Shown here: one piece after another, positions 26,015 to 35,617 of the stretch
Layout of the letters: each line of letters opens with the position of its first letter
Numbering within the stretch: the first letter of the stretch is position 1
Virus record (IMG/VR): IMGVR_UViG_3300045988_172839
Span: 96,001 to 160,000 of that record
DNA from: a virus
Length of the DNA stretch: 64,000 nucleotides
Reading direction: 5' to 3' (one strand)
Position numbers and translations under genes: made by a program
The notes under the pieces: model-generated
What the model saw: only the letters and a program-made list of their open reading frames with translations
Databases searched by the model: none
Told to the model about the DNA's origin: nothing

Positions 26015-26419
26015 CTAAGCTGGTAATAAATTACGAATAAACCGATTTGAAACACCGCTAACATAAGTTTCGATAGACGTATCAAAATACTGAGCTAGTT
26101 TTTGTAATAAATCTAATGAACTATCCATGTCTAGTACACAAATACACGTTTTAGACAAACCTAATCCCCCACTCTCAGTTACATTTTCTTCCACGGTAGA
26201 GTAAGATAAAGTAAACTCATCGCATAGATACCGAAGTGTGTACTTGTTCGAAGTCACATAGGTAAGGAAAGCAGTACGTGACTCAGATAAGTCACAACTA
26301 TCATAAGAGAAAGACTTGAGAGAACTGGTAACTACTTCAACTCCAAAACTCTTTAAAAGTCGAAATAAATCGGATTCTTCTAATACCCCAACAATAGAAA
26401 TAAGTGAACGAGAAAACAT
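26015..26419 (-). CDS. hypothetical protein
   Basis: likely start ATG 26419 (MFSRSLISIV) with GGAG RBS; the track ORF extends to 26443. Confidence 0.6.
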   Translation of the reverse strand: MFSRSLISIVGVLEESDLFRLLKSFGVEVVTSSLKSFSYDSCDLSESRTAFLTYVTSNKYTLRYLCDEFTLSYSTVEENVTESGGLGLSKTCICVLDMDSSLDLLQKLAQYFDTSIETYVSGVSNRFIRNLLPA

Positions 26420-26559
26420 AATAAAATCTCCAAAAATAACCAAATTAAATTTAAACGCTCTAATTGTCTCCGTATCGCATTTTAAATCTTTGAGGGGTAA
26501 TTATACCTCTTTGATATTTAAGACGAAACTGGAGCAAATTAGGACGGTTTACGGACGAG

Positions 26560-27384
26560 TTAGGACAAATCAGAAGGTGAGGATACCAAATGAGTATATA
26601 CTTCTGATGTGTAAGGTGTTTCAAATTTAAAGGTGTGACCTTCTTTAAACTTCTTAGTCTTGCGAATAGGAGTTAAATCGTAACCTTCTTCATAATCATC
26701 ACAATCACACTCCTGACCCCAATCACGTTTACATCTACACTCAAATTTTCTATCTAATTTGTACCATTTCTCTTTGAACTTAGCTAAAGAGAGAAGATAA
26801 ACTGTTTGAGTCGTAAAACCTGTAGTTTTATCGGTAGACTCAACTGTGCAGTAATGTAGTTCTCTTGGAGTATAAGCAGAAACAAAGGCGAAGAATACAT
26901 TTAAGGCGAAACTATCATCTTCAAGTATATTATACTTAGGAGTACAACTTTTCTCTGCAAAACTTACTAGACTTTCTAAGTCCATAACTGGAATTTCAAC
27001 GAACTCATTGGAGTTTTGGATACCGAAGTCACAGAACTCAATAAGGAAAGTACCCACTTCATCTCTTGTTAAGTAAGAGTAATCTTCAAAATCTATAATC
27101 TCAGTTAAACCGTAGTTAGGAGAACTAGAACGTTGACGCTCTGCTTGAAATTCTTCAAACGTACAGAATCCTTTGTAAAAAGTAGATTTAAAGTCTGATT
27201 TCTCAGTACAGTATAAATCACCAATCTTATAAGTCTTAAAGGTGAAGTGGTTTGCGTACTTCTCTAAAAAGGCAATTAAGGGGTTCTTACCATAACCTGC
27301 GATAAAGAAGTCAATTTTATTCTGTTGAGCATAAAATAAAAGTTCTTGAATGTCTGATTGTTTTACTGTTACTGTATTCACCAC
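26560..27384 (-). CDS. hypothetical protein (274 aa) with C-terminal Cys cluster
   Basis: GTG start directly after the upstream stop; CRCKRDWGQECDCDD cluster. Confidence 0.6.
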   Translation of the reverse strand: MVNTVTVKQSDIQELLFYAQQNKIDFFIAGYGKNPLIAFLEKYANHFTFKTYKIGDLYCTEKSDFKSTFYKGFCTFEEFQAERQRSSSPNYGLTEIIDFEDYSYLTRDEVGTFLIEFCDFGIQNSNEFVEIPVMDLESLVSFAEKSCTPKYNILEDDSFALNVFFAFVSAYTPRELHYCTVESTDKTTGFTTQTVYLLSLAKFKEKWYKLDRKFECRCKRDWGQECDCDDYEEGYDLTPIRKTKKFKEGHTFKFETPYTSEVYTHLVSSPSDLS

Positions 27385-27771
27385 TTATAACCCCCCATTA
27401 CTCCAATCTACAAAACTAGTTACAACTGAACGTAAAACCTCTAAATAATTTACCAAATCTTTCTTAAACTTTAAAGTGTGTTGATTTTTATACTTGAAAA
27501 TGTACCAACGTGTTAAACGTTTTTCTAGGGATACCCTAGAATCAAATAAAATAAGTTTTTCTAGGTTTTCATGATAGTCAGACCACTCAATCTCCAAACC
27601 GGGAAAAACAACAATAGAATCAACTAACGTTTCGAGTCTTGTTAAAGCGGAAGTCATCCTAGACACATCATAGTAAGGATAGTTCCTATTAAAATTATCT
27701 AACGTTACTAAAACATTATATATCGCCCAATTCAATTCTTTTGAATATCTTTTTACTTTGTAATCAATCAT
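27385..27771 (-). CDS. hypothetical protein (128 aa)
   Basis: ATG ORF behind promoter 27800-27828. Confidence 0.65.
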   Translation of the reverse strand: MIDYKVKRYSKELNWAIYNVLVTLDNFNRNYPYYDVSRMTSALTRLETLVDSIVVFPGLEIEWSDYHENLEKLILFDSRVSLEKRLTRWYIFKYKNQHTLKFKKDLVNYLEVLRSVVTSFVDWSNGGL

Positions 27772-27799
27772 ATTGCAACCCTCATTCCTAATTTTCTTT

Positions 27800-27828
27800 A
27801 TTATATCAAAACTAAGTTATTTTGTCAA
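27800..27828 (-). promoter_or_regulatory. sigma-A-type promoter
   Basis: TTGACA-17-TATAAT. Confidence 0.7.
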
Positions 27829-27830
27829 AT

Positions 27831-27852
27831 AAAAAGAGGACTTTATGTCCTC
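27831..27852 (-). terminator. intrinsic terminator
   Basis: GAGGAC-ataaa-GTCCTC then TTTTT, running into the -35 TTGACA. Confidence 0.65.
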
Positions 27853-27858
27853 TAAATT

Positions 27859-28197
27859 TTAACCTTTGGAAAATTGTGCATAAAGATCAGACAACAAATT
27901 TGCTAACTTCACATAGTCTTCATAAGTGGAGACTCTACGATTTGCATGAATGGTTTCAATCAAAGACACTTGTGTTCCTATTAATTCAATGTTAGGTTCA
28001 TTTAAGAACCTGTATAGAACCGAGCGATAAAACGTGTCTACATAAAACTCAATGAAAAGGTCAAGCTCATCAACTAACTTTTGCAACAAAGATACCCAAA
28101 CTTCTGCTTTTCTAAGTTCTACCTTAGATTTAGTATCTAGGTAATTGTTGAAATAGTGCAAAATCTGAAAGATTTCGCTGTCATATCTCTTTTCCAT
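27859..28197 (-). CDS. hypothetical protein (112 aa)
   Basis: ATG ORF, followed by a terminator. Confidence 0.65.
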   Translation of the reverse strand: MEKRYDSEIFQILHYFNNYLDTKSKVELRKAEVWVSLLQKLVDELDLFIEFYVDTFYRSVLYRFLNEPNIELIGTQVSLIETIHANRRVSTYEDYVKLANLLSDLYAQFSKG

Positions 28198-28199
28198 GC

Positions 28200-29111
28200 T
28201 TAATCTCCAATCAACCTTACAAAATTAGAACCCTTCAAGTTCAAGTCGTTGAAGTGTTTGTTTAGTTCCATGAAAGACATAGACTCAAAGTTTTCAAGTT
28301 CTTCTTTGCTTGCTAACCAATAATAGTTAGAGTGCCAAGCAAACTCCTTACTGTAAATAGAGATAAAATCAAGACAATTTAGTGACTCTGCAACTTCAAC
28401 TACAAGCTTATCCAAATCAAAGTTCAAAAAGTCATATAATAAACTGAGTTTGTCCTCAATAAGTTCTTTATCCGTACCGTTTTCAAAGAAGACATATAAG
28501 TTCTTATGTGACCAGTAAGAGTCTTGAACGAGGATACCGCGAGGAATTTTAAGTTCTTTTAGCTTTTCTTCTACTTTTGTATACAAGACTTGTAAAACTT
28601 CCTCAGTGCACTTCTCTTCCAACTGTTTATCTTCTAAGAGTTTCTTGTATTCTTCTTCCGTTTCATAAGGAATATAGTTCCAAGGTGTTTTTACAAAATC
28701 TTTTAGAGAACGCAAAGTTGCATAGTAGTCAGTTAATTCAAAACGCTGACCTTTATCAATGTATTGATTGTACAAAGGAGACCACTCAGCTCGTGAGGGT
28801 TTAAACTTGTCCAGAATGAAAAGACGTTCACCAAAGATAACAGGTAATTTAACAACATCAATTACAGTTTCACCATTAGGACTCTCATACAAAATAACTT
28901 CTTTGTACCACACCCCAAACAAAAACTCTGGGTTTTCCTTGAGTTGGAAGTGCATCATCTCATGAGAGTATTTATTTTTAAACACAAAGTAACCTTTTGG
29001 GTATTCAACATTAAATGGAGTTAAGCCTAATGTCTTTAAATACTTCAAGGTGCTGTCCATCATATTTTTGTTTTCTTTAGTTGCAAGTTTTCGTTTAATT
29101 CGTTTGTTCAT
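28200..29111 (-). CDS. hypothetical protein (303 aa)
   Basis: long ORF, no motif. Confidence 0.65.
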   Translation of the reverse strand: MNKRIKRKLATKENKNMMDSTLKYLKTLGLTPFNVEYPKGYFVFKNKYSHEMMHFQLKENPEFLFGVWYKEVILYESPNGETVIDVVKLPVIFGERLFILDKFKPSRAEWSPLYNQYIDKGQRFELTDYYATLRSLKDFVKTPWNYIPYETEEEYKKLLEDKQLEEKCTEEVLQVLYTKVEEKLKELKIPRGILVQDSYWSHKNLYVFFENGTDKELIEDKLSLLYDFLNFDLDKLVVEVAESLNCLDFISIYSKEFAWHSNYYWLASKEELENFESMSFMELNKHFNDLNLKGSNFVRLIGD

Positions 29112-29121
29112 TTGAATTTAC

Positions 29122-29484
29122 CTATTTTTCTACCACTTTTTCTCTACGTACTGAAACAGTACCTTGAGACGGACTGTCAGATAAGGATACCGTGACTTTG
29201 TAAACAAAACCTGTTCCCTTCTCTCGGAAAAGATCTGCATAATTTTCCATAGCAGCTATAGCATCATCTAAACTAAACCATCGAGCTTTAACTGTAAGAC
29301 CTCCACGGTCATCCACAGTTACAACATTCTCATAATAAACAACTGAAGTCAACGGAAAATCAACTTGAGAACTGTTTTGGCGAACCTTTTCTATCTCTTG
29401 TTCTTTTAAGTAAGCTTCTGCTTCTTCTTTGGTTTTAAAAACCTTTGAACCTACTTTATATTGTTTAATTTCTTCTAGTTTCAT
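29122..29484 (-). CDS. hypothetical protein (120 aa)
   Basis: ATG ORF with AAGGAG RBS. Confidence 0.65.
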   Translation of the reverse strand: MKLEEIKQYKVGSKVFKTKEEAEAYLKEQEIEKVRQNSSQVDFPLTSVVYYENVVTVDDRGGLTVKARWFSLDDAIAAMENYADLFREKGTGFVYKVTVSLSDSPSQGTVSVRREKVVEK

Positions 29485-29500
29485 TTTTAGCTCCTTGAAG

Positions 29501-29812
29501 TTAAATAACTGGATTTGCTGGGAGAGTTTCGAGAACTGGGATACCCTTGGTGCTGAGTAGAATAGTTAAAGCGTCTACTCCTACCTTTGGAATATAGGCT
29601 AGTTCTAAGGTTTCTTTGTTAAATAGATAAACTTTATCTTCTTTTTCCAAATGCGCTTTTTGTATGTGGTAAGCACTCACTTCACTCAAAGAATTGAACT
29701 TAAGGTATTGCACTGTGTAACTATACCCCACCAAATCAAGAACTAAATCCTCTAAGCTTTGAGGTGTTTCAATTACTAAAGTAGGTGCTAATGTGAATTC
29801 TATTGGTTTCAT
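29501..29812 (-). CDS. hypothetical protein (103 aa)
   Basis: ATG ORF. Confidence 0.6.
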   Translation of the reverse strand: MKPIEFTLAPTLVIETPQSLEDLVLDLVGYSYTVQYLKFNSLSEVSAYHIQKAHLEKEDKVYLFNKETLELAYIPKVGVDALTILLSTKGIPVLETLPANPVI

Positions 29813-29814
29813 CT

Positions 29815-30216
29815 TTAGTCCCCTCCGTTTGCACGCTCTTCTGCATTTGTTAAACTTGATCCAATTGTTTGTAGTTCATCTAAAGTTAAAGTTTCAAGCA
29901 AACTAAGTTTTGTTTTAACTAAAATAGTTCTTTTTAGCTTTCTTGTTAAGGCACTTATTTCAGCTTGTTCACGTGTTAAATGTAAGCAATAGTCTTTACT
30001 GTAGGCATCTGCAATCAATCCGTCCTCATAACGATACCGATTTTGGGAGCTTGTCGTTACATAAGTAGTTCCTACTTTTTCAACTACTTCCTCTTTTATT
30101 TTCCCTACGGTATCTACCATGTAAGCTGAAGATGCAGCGTTCTGCTCAATATAAACAGTCTGACCTACTTGAAAGTCTTTCTTTGTGTATTTCGCTTGTT
30201 TTTCTGACATAATCAA
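29815..30216 (-). CDS. hypothetical protein (133 aa)
   Basis: ORF behind promoter 30244-30272. Confidence 0.65.
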   Translation of the reverse strand: MIMSEKQAKYTKKDFQVGQTVYIEQNAASSAYMVDTVGKIKEEVVEKVGTTYVTTSSQNRYRYEDGLIADAYSKDYCLHLTREQAEISALTRKLKRTILVKTKLSLLETLTLDELQTIGSSLTNAEERANGGD

Positions 30217-30243
30217 ACAATCCTCTTCTGATTTATTTTCTTT

Positions 30244-30272
30244 ATTATAACAAAATAAAGTTATTTTGTCAA
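30244..30272 (-). promoter_or_regulatory. sigma-A-type promoter
   Basis: TTGACA-17-TATAAT; near-repeat of the 27800-27840 cassette. Confidence 0.7.
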
Positions 30273-30274
30273 AT

Positions 30275-30297
30275 AAAAAGTAAGATTTGACCTTACT
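30275..30297 (-). terminator. intrinsic terminator
   Basis: AAGTAAG-7 nt-CTTACTT then TTTAT, running into the -35 TTGACA. Confidence 0.55.
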
Positions 30298-30306
30298 TTC
30301 TCTTAC

Positions 30307-30597
30307 TTATTCTAAAGTAGGTACAAGCTCAACATAGAAGTTTCCTTTAAATGAATTACTATCTTCTACTGTGTATTTAAAGTAATTCTTATCTTTTCTA
30401 TTCCAAAAAGCGTTTTGCAAACGCAATAGCAAGTCAAAATGATCTACAGAGTCTACATACTCAGGAAATTGCTGTAATGTAAGGTCTAATAAAACTCTAG
30501 GAACAGAAGAAGTAGAGGATACCACACCTAAAACATCATGAGACCACAAATTCAAATGTAGGTCTGTTAACTTTTCTAAACTAATTACATAAACCAT
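30307..30597 (-). CDS. hypothetical protein (96 aa)
   Basis: ATG ORF, terminator downstream. Confidence 0.6.
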   Translation of the reverse strand: MVYVISLEKLTDLHLNLWSHDVLGVVSSTSSVPRVLLDLTLQQFPEYVDSVDHFDLLLRLQNAFWNRKDKNYFKYTVEDSNSFKGNFYVELVPTLE

Positions 30598-30600
30598 AGC

Positions 30601-31719
30601 TTATCCTTTCTCTACTAAAGCTTTTACAATAGCCGCAATAACTGGTGGGCTTACAGAATTACCTACTTGCTTATACATCTGATTCCTACTTGTACCGCAC
30701 TCTTGGATGTTCTTCACAAACTCAAGTGGATACCCTTGTGCTAGGAAACACTCAACCTCAGTTAATTTCCTTACTCTTAAACCTAAATCATCAGATAACA
30801 TAATTCGAGGAGAATCTTGACGAGCAGTAATCGTAGGAGCTAAACCTTTTACTGAGTGGACTCTACGATATTGCTCTAAGTTTTTATGTACTTCCCTAGG
30901 TAACAACCCTAAACGTAAAATCGAGTTAGTTCTAGGTAAAGTCAAACCAAATTCAAAATCCTTTAAATAAAGCCTATCTTCTGGTTTAGTTATTTGATAA
31001 TGCGTATCGTCTACAAAAGGCTCCACTATATCTTCCAAAACAGATGTAGTATCACTAGGTTTTAAAGAATTAAACATATTAAAACTTGGAAACAGAGGTT
31101 CTGTTAAGTTTGCTAATGTAACAGAACTTAACTCCTTTTTCAACTTGTTAATACGAGAAGACCACTTATCTTCCTCATACAAAGAACTCTCACCTTTATA
31201 GATACCACAAATAAAGGTTCTTTCTCTAATTTGAGGAACACCAAAATCCTTAGAGTTTAAAACTGTAAAGTCTATCACATAATCTAATTCAGCTAAAGAA
31301 TCTAAAATAACTCTGAAAGTCTTACCATTATCATGACTGACTAAGTTCTTTACATTCTCTAAAAGGAAGTATTTTGGTCGCTTTTCTTTTAAGATACATA
31401 AGACATCAAAGAATAACGTACCCCTAGTGTCTTCAAAACCTTTTCGTTGACCTGCAATCGAAAAAGCTTGACAAGGAAAACCATCAACCAATAAGTCATG
31501 GTCTGGTATATCTCTTTCATCAACTTTAGTTATATCTCCAATTAAGACACTACTATCAAAATTTGCACCATAAGATTGTTGTGCAAATTTATCAATTTCT
31601 GAAGCAAAGACAACCTTATGTGGAATATTTGCTAAACGCAACCCCTCTTCAAAACCACCGATACCACTAAATAAGGAAACTACTCTTAATTCACTCAATT
31701 TATATCTCTTCACTAGCAA
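30601..31719 (-). CDS. DNA (cytosine-5) methyltransferase, intact
   Basis: motif I FSGIGGFEEG, motif IV GFPCQAFSIAGQRKG, motif VI ENVKNL, motif VIII QIRERTF, motif X QVGNSVSPPV. Confidence 0.9.
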   Translation of the reverse strand: MLVKRYKLSELRVVSLFSGIGGFEEGLRLANIPHKVVFASEIDKFAQQSYGANFDSSVLIGDITKVDERDIPDHDLLVDGFPCQAFSIAGQRKGFEDTRGTLFFDVLCILKEKRPKYFLLENVKNLVSHDNGKTFRVILDSLAELDYVIDFTVLNSKDFGVPQIRERTFICGIYKGESSLYEEDKWSSRINKLKKELSSVTLANLTEPLFPSFNMFNSLKPSDTTSVLEDIVEPFVDDTHYQITKPEDRLYLKDFEFGLTLPRTNSILRLGLLPREVHKNLEQYRRVHSVKGLAPTITARQDSPRIMLSDDLGLRVRKLTEVECFLAQGYPLEFVKNIQECGTSRNQMYKQVGNSVSPPVIAAIVKALVEKG

Positions 31720-32171
31720 CTAAAGTCATAGGCTAAAAATTTACCAGTCATCAACGGAATGTAAACCGTACCGTTGTAGTTATCGTCAAAACCTGTTTGG
31801 TAGACAAAATAAGATACCGAAGGTGGGTTTTGCTCTACAAAGTTAACCACTGTATCAATCTTGGAAACTATACGGTAGTTTCTACAATTCTCTATAAAAC
31901 CACAAGAATAGTCAGTAAATAAAGCACCTACTAATCGGTTCACATATTCATACAAAACAGAACAATCACTATAAACCTTACTTGAAGTCTTATCTGTTAA
32001 TGTACAAATCATCTTAGGCATAGCAACATCTTCAAAATCCTCCAAACCTACATACAAAAATGTACCACCCAATTCATCTTGGTTTTGGTGTAACTCAGAG
32101 TAGGTACGAACTAAATCCTTAATCTTCTTGGGAAGAATGACTCCCTCTTTTTTCTTCTGTCTTTTGTTCAT
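31713..32171 (-). CDS. hypothetical protein (152 aa)
   Basis: ORF sits between two methyltransferase genes and overlaps both. Confidence 0.55.
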   Translation of the reverse strand: MNKRQKKKEGVILPKKIKDLVRTYSELHQNQDELGGTFLYVGLEDFEDVAMPKMICTLTDKTSSKVYSDCSVLYEYVNRLVGALFTDYSCGFIENCRNYRIVSKIDTVVNFVEQNPPSVSYFVYQTGFDDNYNGTVYIPLMTGKFLAYDFSC

Positions 32172-32943
32172 CTTTTATCTTTACTGCTTTCCGTATTCTT
32201 TCTTTGGCAATTTCAAAATATTGCTCAGTTAATTCCATCCCAATAAAGTTACGATTAGTATTTACGCAAGCTACTCCTGTTGAACCTGAACCCATGCAAT
32301 TATCCAAGACCAAATCTCCCTCATTGGTGTAAGTCCTTAACAACCACTCTAACAAAGCTACAGGTTTCTGAGTAGGATGATAGTTTTCTTTCTGCTGATC
32401 CTTTGCGAAGATCTGAACACTGAGGGGATACCGCTCTGTCGAGTCGTAATCGACTTGACTTTCTCCGTAAGAGTTGTAATTGGAAGCTAAAACTTCTGAT
32501 TTCCCTTGGTGTCTCTCTACAGACTTTTTCCTACTAGACTTACTCGACACCTTACGAGGATGCCCCTTTGTCATCTGAGGGTTATAAGTTGGTAACTTCT
32601 TATAGAAAACCAAAATATTCTCATGCGCCTTCATAGGCATCTTTTTAGCATTTAGAAAACCAGTTGGAGCAGTCTTTTGCCAAATAATTTCATATCTGAG
32701 GTCTTTGAGGTTGGATACACCTAGAACCTTGTCAAATGGAGTTTGTGCGAATAAGAGAATGGCACCATGCTCTTTAATAATGCGGTTGTATTGTTCCCAA
32801 AGGGAATCCAAATCAAGTACGCTATCCCATTTATTCCTTGTTGTTCCGTAGGGTAAGTCACACAAAATTAAATCGATACTTTTGCTTGGGATGTTCTTCA
32901 TCAGCTCTAGGCAATTACCTTGTCTTAAATCAATAGAAACCAT
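32119..32943 (-). CDS. beta-class N6-adenine/N4-cytosine DNA methyltransferase
   Basis: SIDLILCDLPYG (DPPY-type motif IV) lies N-terminal to VLDNCMGSGSTGVA (motif I), the beta-class order. Confidence 0.8.
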   Translation of the reverse strand: MVSIDLRQGNCLELMKNIPSKSIDLILCDLPYGTTRNKWDSVLDLDSLWEQYNRIIKEHGAILLFAQTPFDKVLGVSNLKDLRYEIIWQKTAPTGFLNAKKMPMKAHENILVFYKKLPTYNPQMTKGHPRKVSSKSSRKKSVERHQGKSEVLASNYNSYGESQVDYDSTERYPLSVQIFAKDQQKENYHPTQKPVALLEWLLRTYTNEGDLVLDNCMGSGSTGVACVNTNRNFIGMELTEQYFEIAKERIRKAVKIKDEQKTEEKRGSHSSQED

Positions 32944-32946
32944 AAA

Positions 32947-33282
32947 TTAAACCATACCATTCAAAGAAGCAACTGACTCTGGAGACAAATAGAGTGAAAG
33001 AGGATTGTCAGAACAACTTCTATAGCTACTTTCAAAGTGTAAAGGAGAACCATCATTATACCAGTAACGACCACCCTTATAACCTTCAAACGGTCTTCCA
33101 GAACTTAAATCATCAAGTGCATCTGCTAATGTTGAAATAGGTACATAATCAGAATCCACATCAAAATACAAGGCAGGTTCAGAATAGATACCCCTCCAAG
33201 AACCATAACCCTTCAACGGACGAACCATCAAAGGTAAAGTTGTTAAATATTTGCAATAGTTAATATCCATTTTTAACTCCAA
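32947..33282 (-). CDS. hypothetical protein (111 aa)
   Basis: ATG ORF behind promoter 33305-33333. Confidence 0.6.
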   Translation of the reverse strand: MELKMDINYCKYLTTLPLMVRPLKGYGSWRGIYSEPALYFDVDSDYVPISTLADALDDLSSGRPFEGYKGGRYWYNDGSPLHFESSYRSCSDNPLSLYLSPESVASLNGMV

Positions 33283-33304
33283 ATCTTATATAAAAATTCA
33301 TTTT

Positions 33305-33333
33305 AGTATATCACAAAAACCTTTTAAAGTCAA
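33305..33333 (-). promoter_or_regulatory. sigma-A-type promoter
   Basis: TTGACT-17-(TGa)TATACT. Confidence 0.65.
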
Positions 33334-33337
33334 GGGT

Positions 33338-34039
33338 TTACGCAATAAAATCAACTAACCAGTTTGAACGTAAGTAACTTACAAATTCAAAATCTGCAAT
33401 CAAATCAACATTCTCATAACACACCTTTAGTTTAGCTAAAAACCCGTCTAACTCTTCCAACGTAGGAAACCAAAGGAAACAGTTTAAATCATAATAATTA
33501 AACAATAGATTGACAAACAAAGTTGCAGTTCGCTTATTACAGTCATGGAAATATTGTCTTCGCATGAGAAAAAGATAAAACATTAAAATTTGCTCAATTT
33601 TTACATAACGACTGGTATCATCAGAACTTAGTATTTCTTGTACAAAAGACAATAAATCGTTAAATTCAGCTTGCGCTTCTTTTCGAGATACCGAAGGTGG
33701 TTGATAAGTTGTACCACTTATGTTTACTGGGAAATCCTCAGAACGGAAATGACCTTCTAGTTGAGGTTTGTCAGTAACTCCGTTTGAAATCAATTCATGT
33801 AAGTCCTCAATAGCAGTTATGCTCACATCAGAAGAACTAAAGAGATGTACAAAAACCCACGCTTCATAAAGGTTTAGAAGTTCTTTTCGGGTTTTGTAAC
33901 CAAAAGGAAAGGGCTCAAAATGAGTATTTACACATTGTTGGACTTCTTGCTTTGTTAAAACGTAATCTTCAAAGACAGTTGAATGAGCTACGATGTCCAG
34001 TAAATTATGTCCTAAGTAGTCTTGAAATAGAGTAGTCAT
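33338..34039 (-). CDS. Fic/Doc-like protein with a degenerate active-site motif
   Basis: QYFHDCNKRTATLFVNLL fits the Doc-type F.D.NKRTA core, but Gln occupies the position of the catalytic His; start ATG 34039 (MTTLFQDY) has a GAGGT RBS. Confidence 0.4.
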   Translation of the reverse strand: MTTLFQDYLGHNLLDIVAHSTVFEDYVLTKQEVQQCVNTHFEPFPFGYKTRKELLNLYEAWVFVHLFSSSDVSITAIEDLHELISNGVTDKPQLEGHFRSEDFPVNISGTTYQPPSVSRKEAQAEFNDLLSFVQEILSSDDTSRYVKIEQILMFYLFLMRRQYFHDCNKRTATLFVNLLFNYYDLNCFLWFPTLEELDGFLAKLKVCYENVDLIADFEFVSYLRSNWLVDFIA

Positions 34040-34049
34040 ACTGTTTACC

Positions 34050-34508
34050 TCAATCTTCTTTGTAATCAAAAGTCAAAAACACGTCACCAAAGTAAGTGTG
34101 GGAAATCTTTAACCTTAAAGGGGAAACTACGCTTAATACATCGTTAAACTCCACTAAATATCGTGCTGCTAACATATTCATTCTTTTTCTGAGAGTACCC
34201 TCTCTGGGAAAATATTCTGAGAAAATAACGGAAATTGGGAACCAAGAAGGATACCCAATGAAGGTTGTGGAAAGTTTTAGCTGACCTTCATAGTCAACAA
34301 CCAAGTACAATATTTGATATTTGTGTCCGTATCGAACATAACGAAAACTTTGCATAAGACTTGTATCCGTCAAATGTGCAGTTAATTCAAACGGACTTTG
34401 GTACTGTGCTAAAACTTCTCTCAAAAGTGCTACATTTTTAGGGCATTCCCACAATTTCGAAACGAACGCTAAATCGCGTTCTTCTTTTGTTTTGAACAAT
34501 TTAAACAT
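34050..34508 (-). CDS. hypothetical protein (152 aa)
   Basis: ATG ORF behind promoter 34542-34570. Confidence 0.65.
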   Translation of the reverse strand: MFKLFKTKEERDLAFVSKLWECPKNVALLREVLAQYQSPFELTAHLTDTSLMQSFRYVRYGHKYQILYLVVDYEGQLKLSTTFIGYPSWFPISVIFSEYFPREGTLRKRMNMLAARYLVEFNDVLSVVSPLRLKISHTYFGDVFLTFDYKED

Positions 34509-34541
34509 CTGAAACTACTTCCTTAATTTCTTCATTTTTTT

Positions 34542-34570
34542 ATTATACCAAAATAAATAAAATTTGTCAA
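34542..34570 (-). promoter_or_regulatory. sigma-A-type promoter
   Basis: TTGACA-17-TATAAT. Confidence 0.7.
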
Positions 34571-34573
34571 TAT

Positions 34574-34593
34574 AAAAAGAGGTTTATACCTCT
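34574..34593 (-). terminator. intrinsic terminator
   Basis: AGAGGT-ataa-ACCTCT then TTTTTATAT, running into the -35 box. Confidence 0.6.
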
Positions 34594-34608
34594 TTTCTTA
34601 ACTATAGT

Positions 34609-34869
34609 TTACCCTTCTGGATTACCTGTGAATTTATAATAATACATAGAAGCTCCCGATAGATTAGTTTTGTAATTAAACTTGAGATACCCTTGCTTAA
34701 TCCACTTCTCAGCTTTAGCTTTCGCTAATTTTGGAGAAATCTTTTGCCAACCACTTTGATATTGTTGACTTGTCAACAAGTAACAGGCACCGTTAAATAA
34801 AACGTTATCACTTTCTGTAATCGTGTATGTTCTGCGCCCGATTTTTAACTCAAAAGGTTCAAATTTCAT
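34609..34869 (-). CDS. hypothetical protein (86 aa)
   Basis: likely start ATG 34869 (MKFEPFELK) with AAAGGTGG RBS. Confidence 0.55.
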   Translation of the reverse strand: MKFEPFELKIGRRTYTITESDNVLFNGACYLLTSQQYQSGWQKISPKLAKAKAEKWIKQGYLKFNYKTNLSGASMYYYKFTGNPEG

Positions 34870-34888
34870 AAACCATACCACCTTTCTC

Positions 34889-35617
34889 TTACTTTAAACC
34901 AACAACTTTCTTCGCTAGTTTATCGACTGTTTGGTTAATCTTCAAACCACGATGACCGCGCACCCAAATAAAGTCAATTTCCTCAATGCCACTTTCTTTT
35001 GCTTTTTGTAACAAGTAAGCGTGGTATTTCCCAACTGGTTTCTTCAAAGAGGTTCCCCAACAAGCCTGTTCGTTGACCTTGACAGTTTTAGGCGCAGCCC
35101 ACCTAAAGATACCCTCATAGTCGCAAACCACAGTTATCTTACTAAGTTGGCGCTTAATCGCATCTTCAATCGCTAAACCAAACCCACAAACTTCACCTGC
35201 TACATTTCTTGAAGTAGCGAAATTAGGTTTATTATTTGCGATGGCTTGAGCGTCTAACAAAACTCCATTTTCATAGCAAGCAAACGCTCCACCATAAGTT
35301 TGAGTTTGTGTATTGAAAGAACCGTCAATCGAGTACAGAATACCATCGATACCCCAAAGAAGTGGGTCAGAATCTTCTGCCATTTTGATAGTTCCTTTAA
35401 TTCCATTATCTGAGACATAAGGAACAATTTCAGAGGTTTTCTTCATGGACAAGATTGGTTCCTCACCTCTCAAATAAGCTTCAGCTTGTTCTCTTGTAGG
35501 AAAACTCTTGAACTCAATACCTTTTGTTCCTTTTACTACGTTTTCACAATCAGACCAATTTTCAAAGATTTGATTGGTGTTTCGGACTGCGTAATATTTC
35601 TTTTTCTTTTGTGTCAC
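34889..35617 (-). CDS. rnhA: ribonuclease H1 with N-terminal hybrid-binding domain
   Basis: KYYAVRNTNQIFENWSDCENVVKGTKGIEFKSFPTREQAEAYL is an HBD-type N-terminus; C-terminal VRGHRGLKINQTVDKLAKK is the RNase H H..G...N..aD.LA motif. Confidence 0.75.
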   Translation of the reverse strand: MTQKKKKYYAVRNTNQIFENWSDCENVVKGTKGIEFKSFPTREQAEAYLRGEEPILSMKKTSEIVPYVSDNGIKGTIKMAEDSDPLLWGIDGILYSIDGSFNTQTQTYGGAFACYENGVLLDAQAIANNKPNFATSRNVAGEVCGFGLAIEDAIKRQLSKITVVCDYEGIFRWAAPKTVKVNEQACWGTSLKKPVGKYHAYLLQKAKESGIEEIDFIWVRGHRGLKINQTVDKLAKKVVGLK

